From Malacoraja senta (taxonomy: Eukaryota): 64,000 bases of DNA. Position numbers and translations under genes: made by a program. The notes under the pieces were generated by a model. That model was not told the origin of the DNA and did no database searches. It was given only the letters and a program-made list of their open reading frames with translations. How positions within the stretch are numbered: position 1 is the first letter of the stretch; every line of letters begins with the position of its first letter. This document shows, in pieces, positions 25,434-38,643 of this stretch. The stretch spans positions 6,760,001-6,824,000 of the forward strand of contig CM075996.1 of NCBI GenBank assembly GCA_038087875.1. Reading direction: 5' to 3'.

Positions 25434-27312
25434 AAACTAAACTAAACTAAAAAGATACGATTGCAATGTAGAGAGAGCAGAGGGGGTTTACAAAAATGCT
25501 CCCAGGACTGTGTGGAAATTGTAGCTGTTATAAAGACCGGATCAGAATGGTTATTTCCTCTCGAACAGAAGAGGTTGAGGAGAGATTTAATTACGGTGGG
25601 TTGGATGAAATTACAATGGGGGCCACATCTAGTCAACATGTAGTGCAGACACAGAAAGCTGGAGTAACTCAGCGGGACAGGCAGCATCTCTGGAGAGAAG
25701 GAATGGGGGACGTTGTGGGTCGAGACCCTCCTTTGGACTCTATCTTGTCTACCTCTGCCTATCTAAACCAACGTCTGCAGTCTCGACTCAAAACGTCACC
25801 CGTTCCTTCTCTCCAGAGATGCTGCCCGTCCTGCTGAGTTACTCCAGCTTTTTGTGTCTATCTTGGGTGTAAACCAGCATCTGCAGTCCCTTCCTACAGA
25901 ACTAACACAATCACTTGTGTCATCTCACTGCCACGTAGAGTGAGTGGGGGTATCCCTGCATGAAAGCTGGTAGGAAAAGCAAGGATCAGATGCAGGAACC
26001 TAGATGACTTCCCTTGGAAGTTCCACACACAGCCTGTCCACTTTCCCCTGACTCTCAGTCTGAAGAAGGGTCTCCACCCGAAACGTCACCCATTCCTTCT
26101 CTCCGGAGATGCTGCCTGTCCCGCTGAGTTACTCCAGCATTTTGTGTCTATCTTCGGTGTAAACCAGCATCTGAAGTTCCTTCCTACACAACATGTAGCA
26201 CATTGTCCCTTCACGACCAGGGGGGGGGGGGGTTAAAGACGTCGGCTGAAGGATAAGAAAAATGGAGCTCAATATTTTCAAGGTGGACACAAAGTGCCGG
26301 AGTAACTCAGCGGGTCAGGCAGCATCTCTGGAGAAAATGGAGAGGTGACGCTTTTATGGTTTGGGAAACTTGAAGGGTCCCGACCCAAAACATCACCCAT
26401 CCTTTTCCCCCAGAGATGTTGCCTGACCCGCTGAGTTACTCCAGCACTTTGTGTCTATCTTTGGTACAAAACCAGCATCTGCAGTTCTTTGTCAAGGCCG
26501 GTAGAGATTTGCATTCAGTGGCCGAAGGGGCAATTGAAGCTGAAAATGTCACTATGTTTAAAGGGTATTTTTGTTAGACGCGTCTATTTGAAGAGCAGAG
26601 ACCGGCAGGGATAGAGATCAAGGGCTAGTAGGTGGGTTCAGGCTGGATTGTCCCTCTTCTATGATGGGCCAAATGGCCTCTTTCTACAGGGTCGATTTTC
26701 CACTGTTCCATATAATTTGCTCGAAACATTTAGAAAGCGAAAGACAAAAATAGCTGCATCTCCCGACTGCCTCATCCAAGCTGTGAGATCATCCTGTTAC
26801 ATACGGGCCCTTCATACCCAGAACATGTGGGCGCACGGTGGAGCAGCGGTAAAGTTGCTGCCTCGCAGCGCCAGAGACGCAGGTTCGATCCTGACCACGG
26901 GCGCTGTCTGCGCGGGTTTGTACGTTCTCCCCGTGACCTGCGTGGGTTTTCTCCGGGTGCTCCGGCTTCCCCCACACTCCAAAGACGTGCAGGTTTGCGG
27001 GTTAATTGACTTCGGTCAAATTGTAAATTGTCCCGAGTGTGTAGATAGAGCTAGTGTACGGGGTGATTGTGGGTCAGCACGGACTCGGTGGGCCGAAGGG
27101 CCTGTTTTCCGCGGCGTATCGCTAAAACTAAACTAAATATCCGTCAAGTTTGTTGGCTAAATGTGTTGTAGGTCTGAAGAAGGGTCTCAACCCGAAACGT
27201 CACATATTCCTTCTCTCCAGAGATGCTGCCTGTCCCGCAGATTCACCCCAGCCGTTTCAGTCTATTATCAGGTTTGTGGGTTAAATGACTTTGGTAAAAT
27301 TGTAAATTGTCC

Positions 27313-27453
<141 letters not shown>

Positions 27454-27796
27454 TAGGATAGTGTTATATGTGGCGCGGACTCGGTGGGCCGAAGGGCTTG
27501 TTTCTGTGCTTAAACAAAACAACTGAAGAAGGGTTTCGACCCGAAACGTTGCCTATTACCTTCGCTCCATAGATGCTGCCTCACCCGCTGAGTTTCTCCA
27601 GCATTTTTGTCTACCTTCGATTTTCCAGCATCTGCAGTTCCTTCTTAAATACATTAACTATCCTTTAGTTTGTAGTTTTGGAAAAATAAAAATAGCATGG
27701 CAACAGGCCCTTCAGCCCATCAAGCCTAGGCCAACCATCAACCTCCATTCCTGACACATAAGGGCAATTTTACAGAGGGCCGATTAGCCTACAAAA

Positions 27797-28306
27797 GGAG
27801 TGCAGCATAGGTTTACAAGGTTAATTCCCGGGATGGCGGGGACTGTCATCTGCTGAGAGAATGGAGCAGCTGGGCTGTACACTCTGGAGTTTAGAAGGAT
27901 GAGAGGAGATCTCATTTAAACATATAAGGTTGTTAAGGGCTTGGACACGCTAGAGGCAGGAACATGTTCCCGATGTTGGGGGAGTCCAGAACCAGGGCCA
28001 CACAGTTTAAGAATAAGGAGCAAGCCATTTAGAACGGAGACGAGGAAACACTTTTTCTCACAGAGAGTGGTGAGTCTGTGGAAATCTCTGCCTCAGAGGG
28101 CGGTGGAGGCCGGTTCTCTGGATGCTTTTCAAGAGAGAGCTTGATAGGGCTCTTAAAGATAGCGGAGACGGGGGTTGGGGAGAAGGCAGGAACGGGGTAC
28201 TTGATTGGGGATGATCAGCCATGATCACATTGAATGGCGGTGCTGGCTCGAAGGGCCGAATGGCCTACTCCTGCACCTATTGTCTATTGTCTATTGTCTA
28301 TTGTCT
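27797..28306 (+). mobile_element. CR1 LINE 3' fragment (many indels)
   Basis: Similar to 656-1170. Confidence 0.85.
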
Positions 28307-30324
28307 AAAACCCCACCTTTCCGCGCTGCATCTCTAAACCAAACCAAATATCCGTCACTATCTTTCGAACTAATGGATGAACAGGCAATGAGAGGAGGGA
28401 CATGCAGTTCATTTATTTATCGTTCTCCAAAGCTCGCAAGAGTATCCGTGTTACAGAGGCATGTTGGTGTGCTCTTGACTAGGTGCAGGAAGCTGATTTA
28501 CCGCGCGGAGGCATCACAGAGACAAGGGTGTGATTTTATAAGGAGCAGCAAGTAGAACAGTATGTTAGAGACATGCAGTGTGTGGGGAAGGAACTGCAGG
28601 TGCCGGTTTTAAACGAAGATAGACACAAATGCTGGAGTAACTCAGCGGGACAGGCAGCGCTCTGGAGAGAAGGGATGGGTGACGTTTTCAGGTCGAGACC
28701 GCATATTGTTAACGATGATCAATGCTAAATCTGTCCGTGCCATAGCAAGCATTACCATGTACATATATCTGCTTCCATCGCTTCTGGTTATTTGGAGTAG
28801 CTGATGTTTAAGATTTCCTGCAGCTTTATTAACAAACCTCATGGCGTCGGGAGGGAGACACAGTTACTGGGACAGTTAGAAATATAGAAAATAGGCGCAG
28901 GACTAGGCCATTCAAGCCCTTCGAGCCATTCCATATGATCAAGGCTGATCGTCCACAATCAGTACCCCGTTCCTGCTTTTCCACCATATCCCTTGCTTCC
29001 GTTAGCCCCAAGAGCTAATCTAACCTCCTCTTGGAAACATCCAGTGAATTGGCCTCCACTGCCTTCTGTGGCAGAGAATTCCACAGATTCACAACTCTCT
29101 GTGTGAATAATTTTTTTTCTCATCTCAGTCCTAAATGGCCTTTATTCCCTCTATTCTTAAACTGTGATACCCTTGGTTCTGGACTCCCCCAACATCGGGG
29201 AACATTTTCCTGCACCGAGCCTGTCCAATCGCTTAAGAAGGGTCTCAACCCAAAACGTCACCTATTTCCTTCGCTCCATAGATGCTGCCTCCACCCGCTG
29301 AGTTTCCCCAGCATTTTCATCTACCTAAGAATTAATATGGTTCTATAAGATTCCCTCTCATCCTTCTAAATTCCAGCGAATACAAGCCCGTTCTTTCATC
29401 ACATGTCAGTCCCGCCATACCAGCAGCTGACCGGGTAAGCGGTTTCTGTACTAAGTTGGTGGTGGGGAAGGTTTGAGGGGTGACCTCTCTGTTATATCTC
29501 CGTCATTCGACGGTTCCCCCAGAGACGCCTGGGTGGAGGGACCACGTCGTCGAGAGGGTTACGATACGGACCGAACTTTATTTAATCCAGGAGGGAACAC
29601 ACAAGATAGCTGGAACGTGAAGTTAAAGTGACGAGTGGAATTCCAGGATTGGGGACGCGCGCAGATTGGGGAGTGGGGAGGGCAGCCAGTCTCAGTCTAC
29701 CCCACGACAGAAGTAGTACAGTTTGAGAGCCACAGGGAAGAAGGCTCCTCCTGTGGCGTTCTATAATTCAACAGAGGGGAACCTGGCGTGGGAGCGGGGG
29801 GGGCTGCCGAGAAACAAAGGGGGACCCTTCGTGGGGGGTGGGGCCGCGGAGAATAAGAGGGGGTGGGGATAGGACTAAGAAGGGGCCAATATTAAATTGA
29901 AGTGTACTTTCTGTAACTTCGTCAGCGCCTTAGAATGTATTCCTTATGTTCTACCAAACTCATCAGGAAGGCTGGCTCCGTCCTGGGGGCGGAGTTGGAG
30001 TTGGATTCATGGGAGGTTGGGTCTTGGAGGGGAGGATGCTCCTCAAACTGCGGAGCATCCTGGACAATCCAGCTCACCCCCTCCACGAAACACACTGGTC
30101 AACCTGAGGAGCACCTTCAGCAACAGACTGGTTTCCACCAAGATGCAGCCACAGAACGCCACAGGGGATCCTTCTTCCCTGTGGCTATCAAACTGTACAA
30201 ACTCCTCCCCCATCTGTCGTGGGGTAGACTGGACTCCCCTCTCCCCCTCCCCCCCAATATTTCCCCAATCTTTTCATCTCCAAGGACCATCATCTCCAAG
30301 GACCTTAAGTGGGGGGCCACCATC

Positions 30325-30948
30325 GCTCCACAGTCAAAAAGGCACAACAGAGGATGTACTTCCTGCGGCAGCTGAGGAAACACAATCTGCCGCAGGCAAG
30401 TGATGGTCCAATTCTATACGGCCATCGTAGAGTCTGTTCTCACCTTCTCCATCATGGTCTGGTTTGGCTCAGCCACCAAGCACGACACCTGGAGGCTGCG
30501 GCGAATCGTTCGATCAGCAGAGAAGGTTATTGGCTGCAACCTTCCCTCCATTGATGAACTGTACACAGTAAGGGCCAGGAAGCGAGCGGGCAAGATCATC
30601 TCTGACCCTCTCACCCTGGCCCCACAAACTCTATGATTCACTCCCTCTGGAAGGCGACTCCGGATTGTCAAAGCTGCCACAGCCAGACATAAAAACAGCT
30701 TTTCTCCACGAGCAGTTGCTCTACTCAACAGCCAAAATCTGTAGCCTCCCTTTGATCTGGTATTTTGTTGGTTCACATGCTTGATCAATGGTGTTTTTCA
30801 TTAATGTTTTATTATTATTAATGTTTAGTGTTTTCTGAGTCATTCTTAACTGGTCACTGTGTGTCATGTTGTTACTTGTGGGCGGAGCACCAAGGCAAAT
30901 TCCTTGTATGTTGAATACTTGGCCAATAAACTTACTTACTTACTTACT
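30325..30948 (+). mobile_element. Rex1/Babar-type LINE 3' end with (TTAC)n tail
   Basis: VKKAQQRMYFLRQLRK...FYTAIVESVLTFSIMVWFG. A near-identical 3'UTR is present reversed at about 14128-14493. Confidence 0.85.
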
Positions 30949-31641
30949 TTGCACATCCCCAAATCCTTTCCACTCGTCACTTTAATTTAATGTATCATGT
31001 ATCTTGTTAAGAATAAAGTCTATCGTATCGTATTATATAATTCGTTTTCGAAGCACAAAACAATAGCTTCACCTCCCACCAGCCACTCCTCACACTGAGG
31101 GTTTCGCTCCGTTTACATATCGGGGCCTTTCCGCTCCTCAAAAATGGCCGCCGCACCATGCTGACCAGCGGATAAATTAGGCGACGCGAGGTGGGGAGAA
31201 TGCTTTTTTATTCTCTCTCTTAAGTCGCGAGGGTTTACAGTGGTACCTGCATATTGGAGTGCTGCTCGCACGAGAGACAAGAAAGCTGAAGAGGCGCTGG
31301 AGAGGTAAGGGCGTGAGTTTTATCAGGAGCAGTAACTGGGGCTCAGCAAGGCGGTTAATGGTGGTCAAATATTAATCTGTCCGAGCAAGGGAACATCAAT
31401 GGAACGGATGCGTTTTTCTTCCATTGCTTTGGAATCGTTGACCGATGAATATTCCTTCGTTGTTTCTGACATAGTTACAGAGGTCAGGGAGAGACTGTTA
31501 ACTGGAGGTGACCAGAGGGGAGAGTTTCCTGTGATGAATGAGTTGAGGCACAGCAGGTCTTTTCCTTGTTATCTCTTGACCTGTTGTGTGGACTTCCATC
31601 AGTGGGCTGCGACGGCTCTCCAGTTCAAAGAGATACCTTTA

Positions 31642-31944
31642 AGGGCCTGTCCCACTTAGGAGACCTAAAACAGCAACCTCTGGTGACTTGCCCGCCACCC
31701 AAAAAAAATCAAGGTCGAGGTGACCTGCAACCTCTACCACCTCCACGCATATGTTGAAAACCTTCCTCCACTATGAAGAAATCCGGCTTCGACTAGACCT
31801 GCGGACTAAAAAATGATCGATTTTTAAACCTATTTTTAGTCGAGGCGGTTTAATCATGATGGAAAAATAGCCAGCAACCGAGATGAAGCCTCGGACCACG
31901 CGGAGAAACCATTTTCGACCATTAGGGAGAGTGACCAAAAACCT
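31642..31944. mobile_element. Harbinger-type MITE truncated by the assembly gap
   Basis: TTA|AGGGCCTGTCCCACTT start. Confidence 0.7.
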
Positions 31945-32144
31945 NNNNNNNNNNNNNNNNNNNNNNNNNNNNNNNNNNNNNNNNNNNNNNNNNNNNNNNN
32001 NNNNNNNNNNNNNNNNNNNNNNNNNNNNNNNNNNNNNNNNNNNNNNNNNNNNNNNNNNNNNNNNNNNNNNNNNNNNNNNNNNNNNNNNNNNNNNNNNNNN
32101 NNNNNNNNNNNNNNNNNNNNNNNNNNNNNNNNNNNNNNNNNNNN
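31945..32144. other. Assembly gap (200 N)
   Basis: Run of N. Confidence 1.
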
Positions 32145-32439
32145 TCAGTTAAAGCAGTATAAAGTGCCGCTGCTAGTAAGAATGTCATTGTTCTATCTGG
32201 GATATATGACAATAAAACACTCTTGACTCTGTTGAGGAATTCTCCTAGACCGCCCTCCCACCCTGCCCCCAACCCCCCTCGCCCAGGACAGACCGAACGA
32301 GGTTTTATTTGGCCGGGTTCGAACATCTGACGCAGCGGGATGAGAAAATAATCAGGGTTGTTTTGTTTTTTAAAGTGACGCAAACCGTCGAGGGTTTTCT
32401 TTTTAAGCTTCGTGTTTATATGGGATATTCGGGAGCGAG

Positions 32440-32985
32440 GGAGCGTCGCACAGTCAGAGGGGCAGAACTGTTCGAGCCCCCTACCCCTCCCTCCTCCCAG
32501 TGGGGGTCCCTCTATGTAGGGATTCTGCCCCTGTACATCGGGGACCTAGGGTGGAGGGAACTGCGCCAAGGAGTCCCGTGCAACCTGTTTCTCTCACGGT
32601 TCACAGACTCGCGTGCCACTATTGCGGGCCGGCAGAGTCCGTGTTCCACGTGTACATGGAGTGCGTGAGGCTGCAGCCCCTGTTCCCAATATCTAAAGGG
32701 GCTGTTCCTTGCCTTCTGGCTCCTCTTCACTTCACACCCACCCACCCACCCTCATCTTTGGACACCCCTGTGCGTAGGGGAGAGGGTTTAGGGCTGAAGG
32801 TGTCCTGGTTGGGTTGCTCCTGGGCCCTGGCCAAGCTGGGCCAACCCATCCGCGAGTCACGGCGCCAGGCGGTGGAGGGTTCTGCCCGAGCCGGCTGCCT
32901 GCCCCTTTTCCGGGGTTACGTCCGCGCCCGGGTGGCACTAGAGAGGGACTACGCGCCGTCCACGGGCGCCCGGGGGGATTTGCGG
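32440..32985 (+). mobile_element. Tx1 retrotransposon fragment (third copy)
   Basis: QWGSLYVGILPLYIGDLGWR...CHYCGPAESVFHVYMECVRLQPLF...GYVRARVALERDY. Confidence 0.8.
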
Positions 32986-33333
32986 GATCCCTTCACCTCA
33001 AACCCATGTCCTCTGGTTCTCGAATCCCCTACTCTGGGCAAGAGACTCCATGCGTCTACCCGATCTGTTCCCCACTAGGGACAATTTTTACATTTTACAC
33101 CAAGTCAATTAACCTACAAACCTGTACGTCTTTGGGGTGTGGGAGGACACCGGAGATCTCGGAGAAAACCCACGCGGATCTATTCCCCTCATGATTTTGT
33201 ACACCTCTATAAGATCACCCCTCATCCTCCTGCACTCCAAGTAATAGAGTCCCCAGCCTACTCAACCTCTCCTGTAGCTCAGGCCCTATTCTACTCATGG
33301 ATTTGTACACCTAGGGCATGCACTTGCACCTAA

Positions 33334-33590
33334 GGGCGGCACGGTGGCGCAGCGGTAGAGTTGCTGCCTCACAGCGCCAGAGACCCCGGTTCGATCCTGA
33401 CCACGGGCGCTGTCTGCACGGAGTTTGCACGTTCTCCCCGTGACCCGCGAGGGTTTAATCCGAGATCTTCGGTTTCCTCCCACACTCCAAAGACGTGCAG
33501 GTTTGTAGGTTAATTGGCTTGGTAAATGTAAAATGTAAACATTGTCCCCTAGTGGGTGTAGGATAGTGTTAATGTGCGGGGATCGCTGGT
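33334..33590 (+). mobile_element. HE1-type V-SINE (representative; more than 20 full or partial copies, e.g. 2003, 8620, 11560, 13940, 15270, 16129, 18010, 21100, 22110, 22568, 24589, 26830, 39737, 51690, 55050, 56125)
   Basis: tRNA-like head (GGTGGCGCAGCGGTAG A box, GGTTCGATCC B box) and V-domain GGAGTTTGCACGTTCTCCCCGTG...GGTTTCCTCCCACACTCCAAAGAC. Full copies end in a CR1-like GGGCCGAAGGGCCTG tail and (AACTA)n. Confidence 0.88.
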
Positions 33591-33705
33591 ACAAGAGCGG
33601 ACATTCCCTGGAGCCACATCTTGGCATGAACACTGAGCCAAACCGCACGCCAACTGTGGCAGTAATTAACAGCCATGTAAAGCTAGAAGCAATTAGGTTT
33701 TATTA

Positions 33706-34092
33706 GAGTGTTTAGGAAAGAACTGCAGATGCTGGAAAAATCGAAGGTAGACAAAAATGCTGGGGGAACTCAGCGGGTGAGGCAGCATCTACGGAGCGAA
33801 GGAAATAGGTGACGTTTCGGGTCGAGACCAAGACAAAAATGCTGGAGAAACTCAGCGGGTGAGGCAGCATCTACGGAGCGAAGGAATAGGCGACGTTTCG
33901 GGTCGAGACCCTTCTTCAGACTGATGTCGGGGGGTGGGGGGGGGCACGTAGGTAGAAGAAAGGAAGAGGGCAGAGACACCAGGCTGTGGGAGAGCTGGGA
34001 AGGGGAAGGGAAGGAGGGAGAAAGCAGGGACTACCTGAAATTGGAGAAGTCAATGTTCACACCGCTGGGGTGTAATCTACCCAAGCGATATA
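33706..34092 (-). mobile_element. Penelope-like 3' fragment with an intact minimal hammerhead core (33892-33919)
   Basis: C-terminal GIY-YIG codons (RLGRLHPSGVNIDFSNFR*) followed by CTGAAGA-AGGGTCTCGACCC-GAAA-CGTC on the minus strand. Confidence 0.8.
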
Positions 34093-35221
34093 TGAGCGTT
34101 ATTAGAGGATTGCTTTAACTAGAAGTCACAGCGTTAAGGCAAGAGGGGGGAAAAGTTTTAAAGGGATGTTTGGGGCTAAAAAAATGTTTAGACAGAGAGT
34201 AGTAAGTGCCTAGAACACATTGCTGGGGGTGGTGGTGGAGGCAGATACGATTGAACACGTTGGTGGTGGAGGCGGATACGATTGTGGTATTTAAAGGGGC
34301 TTTTAGATAGGCACACGAATATACAGGAAACAGAGGGATATTGATATTGCATGCAGGCAGAGGAGATTACCTTAGCTCAGTCTCGACCCGAAACATCACC
34401 CATTTCTTCTCTCCAGAGATGCTGCCTGACTTGCTGAGTTACTCCAGCATTTTGAGTCCATTTTCGGAGATTTTAGCTTAACTTGGTATTATGTTCCCCC
34501 ACGGACATTGTGGGCTGAAGGGCCTGTTCCTGTGCTAGTGTACACCGAGTCCACGCCCACCAGCGATTCCCCCGTACGCTAGCACTCTCCTGCGCACTAG
34601 GGACAATCTTACAGAAGCCAATTCACCCTACCATAGTTACCCGACCAGATGCAACTAAATTTAAGGTCGCTCTTTCTTCCCAAAAACCCTTTCTGGCTTA
34701 AGTCCTCCCTCCACCACCTCCAGTTTAAATTCCATTTGGAATATTTTGGAGGACCAAGAAACCAAGAACCAAGAACCAAGAATTAACCCTCAAACCTGTA
34801 CGTCTTTGGAGTGTGGGAGGAAACCGGAGATCGTGCAAACTCCGTACAGACAGCGCCCGTGGTCAGGGTCTCTGGCGCTGTGAGGCAGCAACTCTACCGC
34901 TGCGCCACCGTGCCGCCCCTACTATTCTATGTCCTATGTGTAACTCACTAAATATTTGTTCTATTGTTTATGCTGTTTAAGTAAAAATGAATTCCACAGT
35001 CAAATGACAAATGTGCCGGAGGAACTCAGCGGGTCAGGCAACATCCGTGGAGGGAATGGACGGACCATGTTTCGGGTCGGGACCTTTCTTCAGTCTGAGT
35101 TCCTCCAGCACGTTGTCGTTGGCTCGAGACGCCAACACCTGCAATTCCTTAAGTGGTGATTTTTCACAATTGCCGGGTTTTTTTGTGACTGTTACTAACA
35201 GCAGCTTTCTTCTCTTTACAG

Positions 35222-35251
35222 ACTCCTCGGAGTCCAACGAGATTGACGATG
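35222..35251 (+). CDS. mgp: Matrix Gla protein, exon 2 (phosphoserine segment (D)SSESNEIDD)
   Basis: Branch-like CTAAC, polypyrimidine tract and TTTACAG acceptor ending at 35221. 30-nt exon, phase 1-1, GTACGT donor at 35252. The peptide has two S-x-E motifs and matches the shark MGP N-terminus (DSSESNEI...) as I recall it. Confidence 0.92.
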
Positions 35252-36490
35252 GTACGTTGACTTATATAAGCATGCGTTAGCGTAACAGAGGAGAATTCGG
35301 TTCAGTTTATTGTCACGTGCGCAGCGAAAAGCTTTTGACGCTCGCTAAACAGCCAGCGGAAAGACAATACGTGATTACAATCGGGCCATACACAGCGTAC
35401 AGATACATGATGAGGGAATAGCGTTTAGTGCAAGGTAAAGCCAGCAATGTCCGATCAAGGATAGTCCAAGGTGGATAGTAGTTCAGCACTGCTCTCTGGT
35501 TGTGGTAGGATGATTCAGTTACCTGATAACAGCTGGGAAGAAACTGTCTCTGAATCTGGAGGTGTGCGTTTTCACACTTCTGTACCTCTTGCCCGGTGGG
35601 AGAGGGGAGAAGAGGGAGTGGTCAGGGGGGGTGAGACTGGTCCTTGATGATGCTGCTGGACTTGCCGAGGCAGCGTGAGGTGTAGATGGAGTCAATGGAA
35701 GGGAGGTTGGTTTCATATTGGCTTCATCCTGGAGCTGGGGGTGGGGGGGGGAGGGGGGGGTAGGTAGAGGTGGAGGTGGGGTTAGGACTGTCACTGACAG
35801 TAAGGCAGTGACACTGAGAAAGTACACAAAAATGCTGGAGAAACTCAGCGGGTGCAGCAGCATCTATGGAGCGAAGGAAATAGGCGACGTTTCGGGCCGA
35901 AACCCTTCTTCAGACACTGAGACACACTGGGACAGGGCCACAGACACACAGTTAGTTGCACGAATACTGGGTCAAGTCTAATTTAGTTTAGAGATACAGC
36001 GCAGAAACAGGCCCTTCGGCCCACTGGGTCCGCACCGACCAGTGCTCCCTGTACATTGACACTACCCTACACACACTAGGGACAATTTACATTTACACCA
36101 AGCCAATTAACCCTTCTTCAGACCTGTCCCACCTGAAACGTCACCTATCCATGACCTCCAGAGATGCTGCCTGACCCCGGTGAGTTACTCCAGCACTCTG
36201 CGCCTATCTTTGGTGCAAACCAGCATCTGCAGTTCCTTGCATCTACACGTTTAAGAAGGAACTACAGATGCTGGAAAAATCGAAGGTGGTTAAAAATGCT
36301 GGAGAAACTCAGCGGGTGAGGCAGCAGCTACGGAACGAAGGAAATAGGTGATGTTTCGGGTCAAGAGTCTCGACCCCGAAACGTCACCTATTTCCTTCGC
36401 TCCATAGATGCTGCCTCACCCACTGAGTTTCTCCAGCAGTTTTGTCTCCCTTGTTTCTACAACCACTGACTTGACTCCTTTCCCTTCCAG

Positions 36491-36560
36491 CCATGTTCCT
36501 CAGGAGGAGAGATGCCAATTTCTTCATGAGACCGGCAAGGCCAAGCAACCCGTGGGAACG
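36491..36560 (+). CDS. mgp: Matrix Gla protein, exon 3 ((A)MFLRRRDANFFMRPARPSNPWE(R))
   Basis: CCTTCCAG acceptor, 70-nt exon, phase 1-2, GTACGT donor at 36561. Contains the F-x5-A-x2-F gamma-carboxylase recognition/ANxF motif of MGP and is in frame with exons 2 and 4. Confidence 0.93.
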
Positions 36561-36965
36561 GTACGTTCACCGTCCCGAGACTCGATCTCCTCATCTAACC
36601 ACGGAGACATTTAGTCATCAGGCCTTGCGATAGGGGCAGAATGAGGCCATTCGGCCCATCAAGTCTATTCCGCCGTTCAATCATGGCTGATCTATCTCTC
36701 CCTCCTAACCCCATTCTCCTGCCTTCTCCCCGTAACCCCTGACACCCGCACTAATCAAGAATCTATCTGTCTCTGCCTTAAAAATATCCACTGACTTGGC
36801 CTCCACAGCCGCCTGTGGTAAAGAATCCCACAGATTCACCACCCTCTTGACTAAAGAAATTCCTCCTCACCTCCTCCCTAAAAGAGCGTCCTTTAATTCT
36901 GAGGCTGATACCTCTAGTCCTAGACTCTCCCACTAGTGGAGACATCCTCTTCACATCCACTCTAA

Positions 36966-37293
36966 AGGGCCTGTCCCACTGTACGAGGCAATTCCCAAGA
37001 GTTCTCCCGAGATCTCCCCTGATTCGAGCTCGTGTAATGTACGTAGGGGCTCGTACGAGTAAAAAGTAACCATTTTTTTCACCGCGAGTATTTTTTTTAC
37101 TCGTGGACATTTTTCACAGCGTTGAAAAAATCGTCACGAGTTTACCGGATTTCCCGAGTACCTACCGTTACTTGTACGAGCCGCTACGGGACATCCACGA
37201 ACCCCTACGTACCCGCTACGGACATTCTCCGAGTTCTCCAGGGGAAAACCTGGGAGAACTCTTGAATTACCTCGTACAGTGGGACAGGCCCCT
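36966..37293. mobile_element. Harbinger-type MITE in mgp intron 3
   Basis: ~45-bp imperfect TIRs AGGGCCTGTCCCACTGTACGAGG...; TAA/TTA flanks. Confidence 0.8.
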
Positions 37294-37509
37294 TTAGGCT
37301 TTGTTTAGTGTAGGTTGGAGATACAGAGCAGATGCAGATCCTTCTGCCCACCAGCGATCCCCGCACACTAAACACTATCCTTCACACACTAGGGACAATT
37401 TTACATTTACACCAGAAGCCAATTAACCTACAAACCTGCACGTCTTTGGAGTGTGAGAATGAAACTGAAGATCTCGGAGAAACCCCTCGCAGGTCACGGG
37501 GAGAACTCT

Positions 37510-37975
37510 GCATGTCCAAATGTATCCAAAACGTTGTGATAGTCCCAGCCTCAGCTACCCTGAACGGCAGCTCGTTCCATACACCCACCACCCTTTGTGT
37601 AAAAAAGTTACTCCTCAGGTTCCCATTAAAGCTTCCACCCCCCCCCTCACCTTAAACCTATGTCCTCTAGTCCTCGATTCCCCTACCCTGGGCAAGAGAC
37701 TCTGTGCATCTGCCCGATCTATTCCTCTCATGATTTTGTACACCTCTATAAGATCACCCCTCATCCTCCTGCGCTCCAAGGAATAAAGTCCCAGCCTGCT
37801 CAACCTCTCCCTATAGCTCAGTCCCACGAGTCCTGGCAACATCCTGGTAAATCTTCCCTCCGCCCTTTCCAGCTTGACAACATCTTTCCTATAACACGGT
37901 GCCCAGAACTGAGCACATTACTCTAAAGTTGGCCGCACCGACGTCTCATACAGCTGCAACATGACCTCCCCTGAC
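37510..37975 (-). mobile_element. CR1 LINE fragment in mgp intron 3
   Basis: MLPGLVGLSYRERLSRLGLYSLERRRMRGDLIEVYKIM. Confidence 0.85.
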
Positions 37976-38643
37976 TTGTATACGTTGGTTTGTGTGTGTG
38001 ATGGTCTGGGCTGCGTCCATAACTCTCTGTCATTCCTTGCGGTCTTGGATGGAACAGTTCCCAAACTAGGCTGTGGTGCATCCTGATAAAACACTCTCTA
38101 CGGCGCATCTGTAGAAGTCGGGCAAGGTTGACGAGAACATGCCGAACTCCCGAAGCCTTCTGGGAAAGTAGATACGTTGGTGCCCGACCCCATGTACAGC
38201 TCCACCACCGATTGTCCGACACCCTCGGTTCCAGAGCCTTGCCGGGTTATCCGCGTTGCCGGACCAACGGAGGCCAACGGTACCGGAACGTTCCGCCCAG
38301 GCCGCTGGGTGGGGGGGGGGGGGGGTGGGCGAGATGCCGGCCGGCAAATTCGGCTACGGGAACGGATCTGCCAGCTCCGGCCGGGCCGCAGTTCCAGAGC
38401 CCCGGCTGCAGGGGGGGCAAATCCCATCCGCCGATCGGCCGCGGAATTCCCAATGGGGTCGAGATCGGCCGCCTCACCCGGCCTTGGCACCACATTGTCG
38501 GGGGGACTTCCAGGGGGGTCATTCCAAGCGCGCTCTTGGAGTATTGTATTAATGGGGGTGCCGGACCGCCAGTTGCCAGAAAATCGGCCCCGAGGTCTCT
38601 ACATCGGGATGGTCGGCTAATTTTTGTGTGTGTTGCTTTCCAG

